Source: Candidatus Hermodarchaeum yapensis
GTDB taxonomy: Archaea; Asgardarchaeota; Hermodarchaeia; Hermodarchaeales; Hermodarchaeaceae
Assembly (NCBI GenBank): GCA_016840405.1
Contig: JAEOSK010000016.1
Location: 1-60,601, forward strand
Direction of reading: 5' to 3'
Length of the DNA stretch: 60,601 nucleotides
Each line of letters begins with the position of its first letter. Position 1 is the first letter of the stretch. The position numbers and the translations under genes were made by a program. Shown here one piece after another: positions 30,791 through 39,535 of this stretch. The notes below the pieces were generated by a model, which did not search any database, was not told the DNA's origin, and was given only the letters and a program-made list of their open reading frames with translations.

Positions 30791-32710
30791 TTAGTTTGTA
30801 CTGAAATATTGTTTGTAGAAGGCTTTAATTTCCTTCGCTGAGGGTAGGGTGATTTGTTCCCATACCTGAATTATGTCTTTTAGTTGGTTTTCTCCTTTTT
30901 GTCCAGCAAATAGGTCTTGTAGATAGGTAGTTCGTTCTGTTATGTCACGTTGGCAAAATTGTAGGAATTCTTCGGGTGTATAGAATCGGAGGGGATTGAA
31001 TCGTTCGCGGTATTTGGGTAATCCATGGACTTCTTCGAGTTCGGTTGGATTTGGAATGAGGAAGGATTGTCCGAAAACAGGATGAGGTATCCATTGCTGG
31101 ATTTTTCGGTTTTCGATAAGATCGACGAGGAGTTTGGTATCCTGCACCTTGATTTTCTCACCTAGTCCAAGATATACGGGTTTTCCTTGTCCGTTGAGGT
31201 AGGGTTTCCCAGTGGCTTGATCGATTTTCGGAACAGGTTGACCTTTTTCGTCTAGCAATGGTCGTTGTTTCCCGTCGAGATTGTATTCACCGACAAAACC
31301 AGAATTTACAATAGCGAAGACCAGTTTGTTTTGAGGTCCAATTCCCATGTCCTTATACATTTGGAGTTTCATGATTGCCTGTTGAGCTTGTTCTCGAGCC
31401 ATGAAATCTGTAGCGGCGTAGGAGCGGACCCGTGTACCAGGTATTTTACCGCCTATAGCTGAAGTGATGACGGATTCACAGGCTGAATCAAGAGCGACTG
31501 CCATCACAGGATCTGTAATGCAGGCGACTACTGGGAAGATGTCAAAGCGTCGAAAAGAGAGCATCACGGTTTGAAGGATTTTCTCAGAACCAGATTTCCA
31601 GTTAGGGTTAAGGTCATAAAAGCGGAACACAAAGCGTCCATTGGTGGTTCCGGATTGCTCATATCGTGTGGGTTGGAGGTGTCCTGCCTGTTTTCCTGGA
31701 AGGGGTTGGGGGACTTTTACTGTATGTCCTGCAATTGTTTCTATTCGATATTCGATGTTCTCACAATCGATGTTCTGAGCTAACACGATAGGGCGTGTAC
31801 CATCAGCTTGGACTTCTTGTGATTTCATGAGACCTGCCCATTCCGGGCTCGTGTCGGTTAGACCCTCGCTTTTTGCATAGGAGGCAGCTTCCAATCCAAT
31901 AAGCCGTATTTGGTGAATATGTCGATTCGATTCTGAATATTCGAGTAAACCGAGTATGGCGTCATCCTGTTCCAGTTGAGGACCAACGGTGAGTGTGGTT
32001 TTTCCAGTTCCAGAGAGTCCCTTGAGAACACGATTTTTAGTGCAACCTGCATGATAGGAGATTAGCCCTTTAGCTTCACCGCGATTCCAGACCATCGTCA
32101 GATTGGGTTTCTTGAATGCACCACCAAAATAGTCGACACGAAGACTCATGACACGGCGGTGGTCCTCATCCATCCGGGTAAGATCATAAAGTGTCAGGGG
32201 CTCATCAGGATCAAACTCGGGCCAAAAGGACTGGATTTCTTTAATAACATCATCGGGAAGCCGTTCTTGAACAATATAGTTCCAACAATTGATGTCCATA
32301 CCTTCTTCAGGTGGGTAGACCATCAGACGTCCAAACCAGGTGATATAAGCAGTATGTGGGTTCTCAACGCTAAGGACGATACGTAGCCCAGTCTTAAAAT
32401 CAGCTTCACCTTGAATGCCATCCTGAACAATCACTTTAGCAGTTTTAAGATATCTGAGAACGACATCAAAGAGTTGCAATCCGATTTCACGATCAAAACT
32501 GGGTTGGCCCTTCCCTAGTCTATAACCATCAGGGATAAGGTAAAAAGCTCGATCAGGACGGCGTCCGGCTTGTGTATTGCCAAACAGGTATTGTCCATCG
32601 ATGGTGTGGAGATAGTAGGGTTTGAGGTATTCAATAAACCAAGAATCATCGGGATTTCTTGTAACATTTTCATCTTTGAAAAAGAGATCATCTTCGATGT
32701 TAACAGGCAC
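30791..32710 (-). CDS. pckA: divergent ATP-dependent phosphoenolpyruvate carboxykinase-like protein
   Basis: YFGGAFKK, YHAG, GLSGTGKTTL, QDD, EAASYAK, NGR match ATP-PEPCK motifs in order. Confidence 0.75.
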   Translation of the reverse strand: MPVNIEDDLFFKDENVTRNPDDSWFIEYLKPYYLHTIDGQYLFGNTQAGRRPDRAFYLIPDGYRLGKGQPSFDREIGLQLFDVVLRYLKTAKVIVQDGIQGEADFKTGLRIVLSVENPHTAYITWFGRLMVYPPEEGMDINCWNYIVQERLPDDVIKEIQSFWPEFDPDEPLTLYDLTRMDEDHRRVMSLRVDYFGGAFKKPNLTMVWNRGEAKGLISYHAGCTKNRVLKGLSGTGKTTLTVGPQLEQDDAILGLLEYSESNRHIHQIRLIGLEAASYAKSEGLTDTSPEWAGLMKSQEVQADGTRPIVLAQNIDCENIEYRIETIAGHTVKVPQPLPGKQAGHLQPTRYEQSGTTNGRFVFRFYDLNPNWKSGSEKILQTVMLSFRRFDIFPVVACITDPVMAVALDSACESVITSAIGGKIPGTRVRSYAATDFMAREQAQQAIMKLQMYKDMGIGPQNKLVFAIVNSGFVGEYNLDGKQRPLLDEKGQPVPKIDQATGKPYLNGQGKPVYLGLGEKIKVQDTKLLVDLIENRKIQQWIPHPVFGQSFLIPNPTELEEVHGLPKYRERFNPLRFYTPEEFLQFCQRDITERTTYLQDLFAGQKGENQLKDIIQVWEQITLPSAKEIKAFYKQYFSTN

Positions 32711-32877
32711 TGGATATCCATCCTTTGCTATCGTTTGACTCCTCAGCTTGTTCCCTTTTATATCTAGATGCTCGTTTGGAGTTTCAGATTGTGGGATTCG
32801 AAGGACATGCTCTTCCCTTTTTTAGCCTGTTGGTTGCTCTGCAAAGCAGTTATAAGGAGAGGAAGCTTGGCGATGTC

Positions 32878-32938
32878 TGAGCGGGTGGGATACTCGCACC
32901 GTGCTCCGCTCATTCAAATAAATCCCGGGCTGCGAGGT
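32878..32938 (+). promoter_or_regulatory. candidate riboswitch-like pseudoknotted leader of queT
   Basis: TTATAA at 32850-32855; P1 32878-84/32906-12; gggat 32887-91/atccc 32922-26; ctcgca 32893-98/tgcgag 32931-36 overlapping SD GAGGT. Confidence 0.5.
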
Positions 32939-32946
32939 TGCATGTT

Positions 32947-33453
32947 ATGTTATATCAAGCCAGATTAAATCGCACACAAAGTATCGCCGTGATGGCAATC
33001 ATGTCGGCGGTGTATGCTGCAGTAACTATTGTGTTACAACCCATCAGCTATTATGGATTACAGTTCCGAGTAGCTGATATTCTATTACCATCGCCCTTTA
33101 TCCTAGGCTGGCCCATGGTCGTTGCACTATTCATTGGTGGATTTGTAGCCAACATTTTCGGTGGACTAGGAGTCATTGACATCGTTCTTGGTAGCCTCCT
33201 TAACCTCTTAGCAGGAATTCTGGTAATGAACCGGAAAACTTGTCCCCACTGGCTCCTTGCCTGGTTGTATCCAACATTAATCATCGGATTGGGCGTTCCA
33301 GCCTATCTTCAGTTCCTATTCTTTACACCCTATATTCTCCTGATGCCTGAAATCTTGGCGAGCACAGCCATCCTGTGTGCCATTGGTGTCGTAGTGATGT
33401 TTGGTGTTGAAAGGGCCCTTCCCCAAGTCTTTGTTAAATCAAAGGAATCCTGA
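32947..33453 (+). CDS. queT: QueT-family transporter (queuosine/archaeosine precursor ECF S-component-like)
   Basis: AVYAAVT...PISYYGLQFRVAD, GGFVANIFGGLGVIDIVLGS. Confidence 0.85.
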   Translation: MLYQARLNRTQSIAVMAIMSAVYAAVTIVLQPISYYGLQFRVADILLPSPFILGWPMVVALFIGGFVANIFGGLGVIDIVLGSLLNLLAGILVMNRKTCPHWLLAWLYPTLIIGLGVPAYLQFLFFTPYILLMPEILASTAILCAIGVVVMFGVERALPQVFVKSKES

Positions 33454-33519
33454 CTTTAGCGAAGGATAAAATAGTAGTACCGCATTGCCCTTCGTCTACC
33501 AAGAGAGTATACTCCAGGG

Positions 33520-34983
33520 ATGCCTATGGATGATAAGACCTTCCAGCAATTCGAAGAATTCATCCACTCCAAATCCGTTGCAATCATCGGAACAAGCTCT
33601 TCTGCAGGCTACTACTGGCTACGGTCTTTCCTCGACTTCGGTTTTCCGGGCAAAATCTATCCCGTGAACCCAAAAATCGACGAAGACTTAGGACTCAAAT
33701 TCTATAAATCACTCAGCGAAGTCCCAGGTGATGTGGATTATGCAGTTCTTCGTGTCCCCGCCCGGATCGTTCCAAGTGTACTTGATGAATGTGTTGCAAA
33801 GAACTGCAAAGCAATTACCATCTTTACCAGCGGATACAGTGAATTAGGCACTGAAGAGGGACGACAACGCGAACAACTCATCACTGAAAAAATCAAATCC
33901 AGTCCTTTTCGAGCGTTTGGTCCAAACTGCATTGGCTTAGCATGTCCGGAAACCGGTTTTGCATTTCGCCCAGACTTAAAACCCAATCCTGGACCCATCG
34001 GTTTCGTTTCTCAATCAGGAGGCAAAGCCATTGACTGCTATCTAGCCGTTGTAGAAACACAACTTGGTATAAGCAAAATCTTCAGCTACGGCAATGAAGC
34101 AGATATCAGCAGCTGGGAACTTGTAGAATACCTCCACCGTGATCCCAAAACCCAAGTCATTGGCATTTACATTGAAGGCGTTCGGGATGGCCCTCGCCTT
34201 CGGAAAGCCATTGCCGATTGTGCAACCGACAAACCTGTCGTTGTGTGGAAATCTGGCATCACTGAAGCAGGAAAGCGAGCAGTATCTAGCCACAGCGCCG
34301 CCCTTGCAGGATCAAATGATATCTGGCAAGCACTCCTCCGACAAACGGGTGCTGTGTCTGTTGATAGTTTTGAACAACTCATCAACACGACTGTGACATT
34401 TTTGCGATGTCCGCCACCACCTGGGAAACGAGTTGCTCTTATTGCCATTAGTGGAGGAGCAGGTGTTGCTGGAACTGACTCACTCGCTAGGCATGGTTTC
34501 GAAATCCCCCGATTATCTCCTAATACCATTCAATCCCTGTCCAAATATATCAAGGATGTCGGCACCAACATCAAGAATCCTGTAGATATGGCCTCTAGTT
34601 ATTTCTACCCGGACAATACTGTTCAAACCATTCGGCATGTTGCGGAAGATAAGAACATCGACGCCATCATCGTTGAAGCGGCCCCCCATTATGTGAATTT
34701 CATGGCCAACCATATGGGAATGGACAATTTTGCCACAACATACTGGAACATGATGATTGAAGCAGGAACATATTGCGTCAAAGTCGTTCACAAACCCTTC
34801 TTCGTTGCAGTCCCAGCCATCGGATATCCACTTGAAAACCTAGCTACCCGGAATCAATTTCGTGAAGGGAACCTCCCTGTCTTTGCAACGATTGCTGAAG
34901 CCGCAGAGATACTTCGGTTCATTTACGAATATTACCAACGCCATCCCAAGACTCCCGTTCCGCCTGCCCTTGAATTGGAGTAA
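33520..34983 (+). CDS. ADP-forming acyl/acetate-CoA ligase alpha subunit
   Basis: SVAIIG, YPVNP, GPNCIG, SQSGG, SHSAALAG phospho-His, SGGAGV, NPVD. Confidence 0.93.
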   Translation: MPMDDKTFQQFEEFIHSKSVAIIGTSSSAGYYWLRSFLDFGFPGKIYPVNPKIDEDLGLKFYKSLSEVPGDVDYAVLRVPARIVPSVLDECVAKNCKAITIFTSGYSELGTEEGRQREQLITEKIKSSPFRAFGPNCIGLACPETGFAFRPDLKPNPGPIGFVSQSGGKAIDCYLAVVETQLGISKIFSYGNEADISSWELVEYLHRDPKTQVIGIYIEGVRDGPRLRKAIADCATDKPVVVWKSGITEAGKRAVSSHSAALAGSNDIWQALLRQTGAVSVDSFEQLINTTVTFLRCPPPPGKRVALIAISGGAGVAGTDSLARHGFEIPRLSPNTIQSLSKYIKDVGTNIKNPVDMASSYFYPDNTVQTIRHVAEDKNIDAIIVEAAPHYVNFMANHMGMDNFATTYWNMMIEAGTYCVKVVHKPFFVAVPAIGYPLENLATRNQFREGNLPVFATIAEAAEILRFIYEYYQRHPKTPVPPALELE

Positions 34984-35058
34984 ACGAATTGTGTTTGCCG
35001 GCTTACGTAACCTTTTATGGCTGTAAGGTAATTTATAACCTGGCGGGAAAAGGAAGTC

Positions 35059-35066
35059 TTTAAATA
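35059..35066 (+). promoter_or_regulatory. TATA box upstream of structured RNA copy 2
   Basis: TTTAAATA preceded by purine-rich BRE-like gaaaaggaag, about 25 nt before the hairpin. Confidence 0.5.
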
Positions 35067-35091
35067 AAAAAAAGAAACCTTATAGTTGGGA

Positions 35092-35206
35092 ATACTGGGT
35101 TTGGCGAAAGATATTGGCACTTCCCTCCCCCCTAGAAAACCATTCCCTCTCCCCTCCAATTGTGTCCTTTTTAAGGAGGTGCCTAATCCGCCATAAAACC
35201 CAGTAT
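35092..35206 (+). ncRNA. candidate structured ncRNA, copy 2 of a dispersed two-copy element
   Basis: atactgggttt/aaacccagtat outer stem, ggcacttcc/ggaggtgcc inner stem, same 28-nt loop as copy 1, pyrimidine tract after. Confidence 0.65.
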
Positions 35207-35285
35207 CTCATTTCTTCTTACATATTTTACTCTCTGATGTTATTTTGATGATGACTCTGAAGAAGAAAAATAGCTTAATTCAGGA

Positions 35286-35888
35286 ATGTTTAAGCATCAG
35301 TTTCTTTTAGATAATGTGAGGGATTCATTTTCTGTGAATGAGTTTAAGGTTTCTAGTCCGCCTTCATTGTTCACCCGTTTTCGAGAACGATTTTCGTCTT
35401 GGGGTCCTTGGCGACGAGTTTTTTTCATAATTGGAATTTATGCCCTACTGTCTTGTATTCTAATGTTGCTGTTCTGGATTTTTCCGCCTCCTATTATTAT
35501 CAGGAGCCCTGGGTGGGAACCATATGTTGAACTGGCTAGCAATTGGACAATTATCATTCCAGTGGGGATGATAGTTGTCAGTGTTTTTGTAACTAATATT
35601 GTGTTTAGGATTCCAGAGGATACACGATTTATTCTTCGATTCGTTACTCTCTTGGTTTGTGTTGAAATTGCTGTTCTAGCATCATGGAATGCTTTGGAGG
35701 CGTATATCAATTGGTACGTGATATTGGCTCCATTACTAGGACTTGAAATTCCAATCGACCCGTTTCAAAATGTATGGTTCTTATCTACTTTTCTACGGTT
35801 TATTGGTTTACATCGTCTGTTTGGTTTCTTGTTCCTTATTGGGTTAGGTGTCATGGTGATAGCACTACTTCTTGAAAATATAATCTAA
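35286..35888 (+). CDS. hypothetical membrane protein (about 4 TM)
   Basis: Hydrophobic segments; start uncertain. Confidence 0.7.
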   Translation: MFKHQFLLDNVRDSFSVNEFKVSSPPSLFTRFRERFSSWGPWRRVFFIIGIYALLSCILMLLFWIFPPPIIIRSPGWEPYVELASNWTIIIPVGMIVVSVFVTNIVFRIPEDTRFILRFVTLLVCVEIAVLASWNALEAYINWYVILAPLLGLEIPIDPFQNVWFLSTFLRFIGLHRLFGFLFLIGLGVMVIALLLENII

Positions 35889-35948
35889 TTTCTGTGGTTT
35901 CAAAAAGTAATGCTAGTAAGTAGCTTAGATTTGAGCATACTGAGTGTT

Positions 35949-37331
35949 TTAAAAGTGTAGGATAACCGTGATATCACGGACATTGGTATGGGTGGGTCCG
36001 GTTTTGATATGATCATTCAATGCCTGAAAAAGAGTGAAAGTGTCGTTCTGGTTTAACAATTCATCAGGTTTTATATTCAAGGATTGAGCTCTTGCATAGG
36101 AGTCGCTGTCAGCTATAGCCCCTGCGTATAGTGTGGGTCCGTCAATGCCGTCGGTGGCAAGGCTAGCGATGACGAGACCCTCATGGTTTTGGAGGAATGG
36201 GAGTGTGGCGGCGATGAGTTCAGTGTTTCGTCCTCCTTTTCCGGGATGTCGTAATGTCACGGTTGTTTCAGAACCAACAATTACTACCTGTGGATCTTTT
36301 TTGGAAGTCAGCTTTTGAGCGAGTGTTCCCAGTTGTTCGCCTACTTGTCGGGCTTCACCTTGGCATTCGGTCGTGAGAATTTGGGCTTTGAATCCTTCTT
36401 GTCGTGCTGCAAAGAGAGCAGCTTTACAGGCATCAATATTACTTCCGATAAGTTTGTTAACTGTATGTTCAAAGGCGGGATGGTCTGGTTTGGGTGTCTC
36501 TGGTACGGTTCCGTCCAGACCCGCTTGAATGTGGTCTCGAACCCGTTGTGGTATCTTATCCCATAATTGGTATTCGTCAAGAATTCGGCCAGCGGTCAAA
36601 AAAGTGGTGGAATCAGGAACCGTTGGTCCACTAGCAATCATGTCAAGTTGGTCTCCGGGAACGTCTGAAATTAACATGACCCAATGTTTTCGTGGGTGGA
36701 CCTGAAGTGCAAATTGACCTCCCTTGACTTGGGAGAGGTGTTTTCGAAGGGTGTTAATGCCGCTGATTGGAACACCTGACTGTAATAGAAGGGTCGTTGT
36801 GTGTTGGAGATTCTTTAGAGTGATATGAGTTGAAGGGAGAGTGAAGAGTGCGGAACCGCCTCCCGAGAAAAGGCTTAGGATTAGGGCATCATCGGGGCTA
36901 GTTTCGATTAGTGTGATAATTTGTTTGGTGATGGACATACTTGAATGCGTTGGGAGGGGGTGTCCTCCTTCTCGGATTTGCACGCGATCTAGAGTATAAT
37001 CTTCACTTGTGTTGGGTGGAACGATGATGATACCATCAGTGAGGTGGTCTCCCAAGATTTCTTCAACCGCTTCTGCCATGCGACCCGTAGCTTTCCCAGC
37101 ACCGACAAGATAGACACCGTTTGTCCTATCAAGGTTGATTCGATGATTGAATAAGCTGAGTTGTGACCCTCTGACTTTTAATGTGTTGTACACCATTTGA
37201 GATGGATTAGCGGTAGCTAAGGCAGCTTCCAGCAATTCTAAGGCGAAGCGTCGAGCTTTTTGATTGACCAGCGAACCTTTGATCAATTCTGAAGAATTTT
37301 TAATTTTAGGAAATTCGGAATTGCTCACCAT
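35949..37331 (-). CDS. glycerate 2-kinase (MOFRL family)
   Basis: GAGKA, GGHPLP, SGGGSAL, RKHLSQVKGG, SDVPGD, GKGGRN, TDGIDG, TGPTHTNV. Confidence 0.95.
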   Translation of the reverse strand: MVSNSEFPKIKNSSELIKGSLVNQKARRFALELLEAALATANPSQMVYNTLKVRGSQLSLFNHRINLDRTNGVYLVGAGKATGRMAEAVEEILGDHLTDGIIIVPPNTSEDYTLDRVQIREGGHPLPTHSSMSITKQIITLIETSPDDALILSLFSGGGSALFTLPSTHITLKNLQHTTTLLLQSGVPISGINTLRKHLSQVKGGQFALQVHPRKHWVMLISDVPGDQLDMIASGPTVPDSTTFLTAGRILDEYQLWDKIPQRVRDHIQAGLDGTVPETPKPDHPAFEHTVNKLIGSNIDACKAALFAARQEGFKAQILTTECQGEARQVGEQLGTLAQKLTSKKDPQVVIVGSETTVTLRHPGKGGRNTELIAATLPFLQNHEGLVIASLATDGIDGPTLYAGAIADSDSYARAQSLNIKPDELLNQNDTFTLFQALNDHIKTGPTHTNVRDITVILHF

Positions 37332-37402
37332 CTCTTTTCAACCCTTAGCGTTCAAAACCTGTAAAAAGGATTTCCCGTTTCTTTGCACGGGGCAGGAGGT
37401 CG

Positions 37403-37801
37403 CTAGGTGGTATTGTCAAATTCGGAGCGATCGTCAAATGCTGCGAACATGGATTTCATGATTTTTTCCAACAGGTCTTTGAGTAAGTCGCCATAGACGA
37501 TGCCGTTGATGAAATCACGCATTTTTTTGAAATCTTCATCGGTTTCAAAGTGTAACAGTACGCCTTTTCCATCTGGGAGCGGTTCAGATGTGTAATTGAT
37601 TTCTTCGTCCAGGAGGTTTTTAGACATGCGTTTCAATCCCTCTTCGTCTTCCAGCATGTCTTGAAAGGGGATTTCTTCGTAGATACTGCCCTTGAATTCG
37701 AGTTTGATGGTGCGTGCGGTTTCATCTACTTCAATGTCAAGGTTCTCTTGAATTGCGGCTTGAATTTTATCAAAGGGAAGTTCGAAACTCATGGAATTCA
37801 C
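37403..37801 (-). CDS. acidic hypothetical protein
   Basis: Clean ORF filling the space between same-strand genes. Confidence 0.75.
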   Translation of the reverse strand: MNSMSFELPFDKIQAAIQENLDIEVDETARTIKLEFKGSIYEEIPFQDMLEDEEGLKRMSKNLLDEEINYTSEPLPDGKGVLLHFETDEDFKKMRDFINGIVYGDLLKDLLEKIMKSMFAAFDDRSEFDNTT

Positions 37802-37879
37802 CGAACAGATAGGCTCATGAGCTTGGGGAGTCTACTCAGAGGAAGTTCTCCCTAAAAAGCCTCGCATCTGAACCCGAAT

Positions 37880-39082
37880 CTAAAAGTACACAACGTTGTA
37901 GAGGGGAAGGAGTGGGAACCAGCGTTGAAGCGTATGTCGAGCCCAATCTTCAGTGATGGTAATTTCCCCTTGAAACTCTAATTCCTCAACAGAAAGAGTA
38001 CCGAAGACCAGGGAAGAAAGCGCCTTGATAGAAAGCTTCACAACTGGTTTGCCGGAACTCTTGTTCATGTGAAGACAGTTTTTCTCTGATTGAATTGTGA
38101 ATATACCATTGTTCCAAGCACAATCGGGATCAGAAATTTCTAGTGTCACCATATCCTCGCCTGAGGCTGGAATGTTTTCAACGGCTTTTTGAGCATCGAT
38201 AACTCGAACCATCCATGGAGCCTTTCGCTCGATACTCAACCTAGCATCTTCAAACCAATGTTCTACTCTCGTTTCAAACGGAGCATGGATGATGATATCA
38301 TCGATTTGATCTTGATGAGTGGCAAAGAAGTCAAAAAGCTTCATTCTTGCTTCCCGGGTTCGCCATAAGATGTCTATGACCGTTAGTTCTGATACCCAAC
38401 GACCTTCTCTTCGTTCGCCTTTGATTCGATAGCGGCTTGCGGCTTGAATCACTCCTTTGTTTTTCACAAAGACAACAATACTGTCTTTGGTCCTGCGTTT
38501 CCACATTCCGTCGGGGATTGATTTGAAAATAATGAATCCATGATACTGGGCTGGTCCAATTTCTCGGATAAATTCCAAGAGAGTATCTTTAGCGTCAACC
38601 GCACGTAACCTTTCATAGCTCCATTCCGAATTCGCATCTTCTCTCCCAGTGTGCTTGAGATGTTTTATGGGAGCTTTGACGAGATATGGAGCGTTGGCGG
38701 TTGCATACCCAAATTTTGCGTAAAAACTTGGTTTAAAGGGGTCCAGCATACTCACGGATTGGTCTTGCTTATACATTTCTTTAAATCCAGCGAGCATGAG
38801 TTGTCGTACATAGCCTTTATGGCGTACTTCAGGGTAACTGGCTACACCTGCGATGCCACCACAATCTTTGAGAACCCCTCGCACTGATTGTTGAAATTCA
38901 TGGAGTCTCGTGGATGAGACAAGCTGCCCATTTTCAAATAAGCCAAGGGTTTCATGAGTGAGGATTTCTTCAAGCTCTTCATCCTTGATTTCTTGATCTG
39001 ACCATTCGGTGTAGGCGTATCGGTATAGGTCCATCAAGGCTTTGCGATCCTTGGCAGTGATTTTTCGGATTTCCATAGTCAT
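37880..39082 (-). CDS. Eis-like GNAT acetyltransferase (paralog of 28687..29895)
   Basis: VASYPEVRHKGY, FYAKFGY, DPDCAWNNG; collinear similarity to the other copy. Confidence 0.88.
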   Translation of the reverse strand: MTMEIRKITAKDRKALMDLYRYAYTEWSDQEIKDEELEEILTHETLGLFENGQLVSSTRLHEFQQSVRGVLKDCGGIAGVASYPEVRHKGYVRQLMLAGFKEMYKQDQSVSMLDPFKPSFYAKFGYATANAPYLVKAPIKHLKHTGREDANSEWSYERLRAVDAKDTLLEFIREIGPAQYHGFIIFKSIPDGMWKRRTKDSIVVFVKNKGVIQAASRYRIKGERREGRWVSELTVIDILWRTREARMKLFDFFATHQDQIDDIIIHAPFETRVEHWFEDARLSIERKAPWMVRVIDAQKAVENIPASGEDMVTLEISDPDCAWNNGIFTIQSEKNCLHMNKSSGKPVVKLSIKALSSLVFGTLSVEELEFQGEITITEDWARHTLQRWFPLLPLYNVVYF

Positions 39083-39138
39083 CCCTTCGTGGCAGAATCA
39101 GTACAATTATTCCACTTGTTATATTCTTTTCTTGTTGA

Positions 39139-39513
39139 TTGGAGTGGAATACGACTCAAGGATTATATGCTTGTATTACCGATAGAAAAGCAGGGTTGAG
39201 GAAATTGAAAAAACAATTAGAAGTTAGTTATGTCTTAATTAGTGGTCAAATATTGGTTCGGCTTGATTCCCAACAATTTCAAGAAGTTGTAGCTGAAGAA
39301 GAGTTACCTGTCATTTCAGGCTATATTAAGAGATCCATCTTCAGGTTTGAGCCCCCAGGTTATTACTATATTGCCTCCAATGGATCACTCACCTACTATC
39401 TGCGAGTAAGAGAACCTATTGATGAAATTATTCCCGATATTATTGCAAGCAAAATACAAATTCAGCTTCATCCATCGCAACCGAATGTAGCAGTAGAGAG
39501 AAAATATTTATGA
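39139..39513 (+). CDS. hypothetical protein
   Basis: ORF directly upstream of the HDAC gene; start uncertain. Confidence 0.55.
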   Translation: MEWNTTQGLYACITDRKAGLRKLKKQLEVSYVLISGQILVRLDSQQFQEVVAEEELPVISGYIKRSIFRFEPPGYYYIASNGSLTYYLRVREPIDEIIPDIIASKIQIQLHPSQPNVAVERKYL

Positions 39514-39535
39514 GCAATTTTTTGACAGCTGACCA

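Noticed and set aside
7063-35206. Two-copy element as CRISPR repeat, tRNA or IS/MITE end
   Set aside because: Only two copies 28 kb apart with no spacers; no cloverleaf; termini are not conserved between copies; no transposase or target duplication seen
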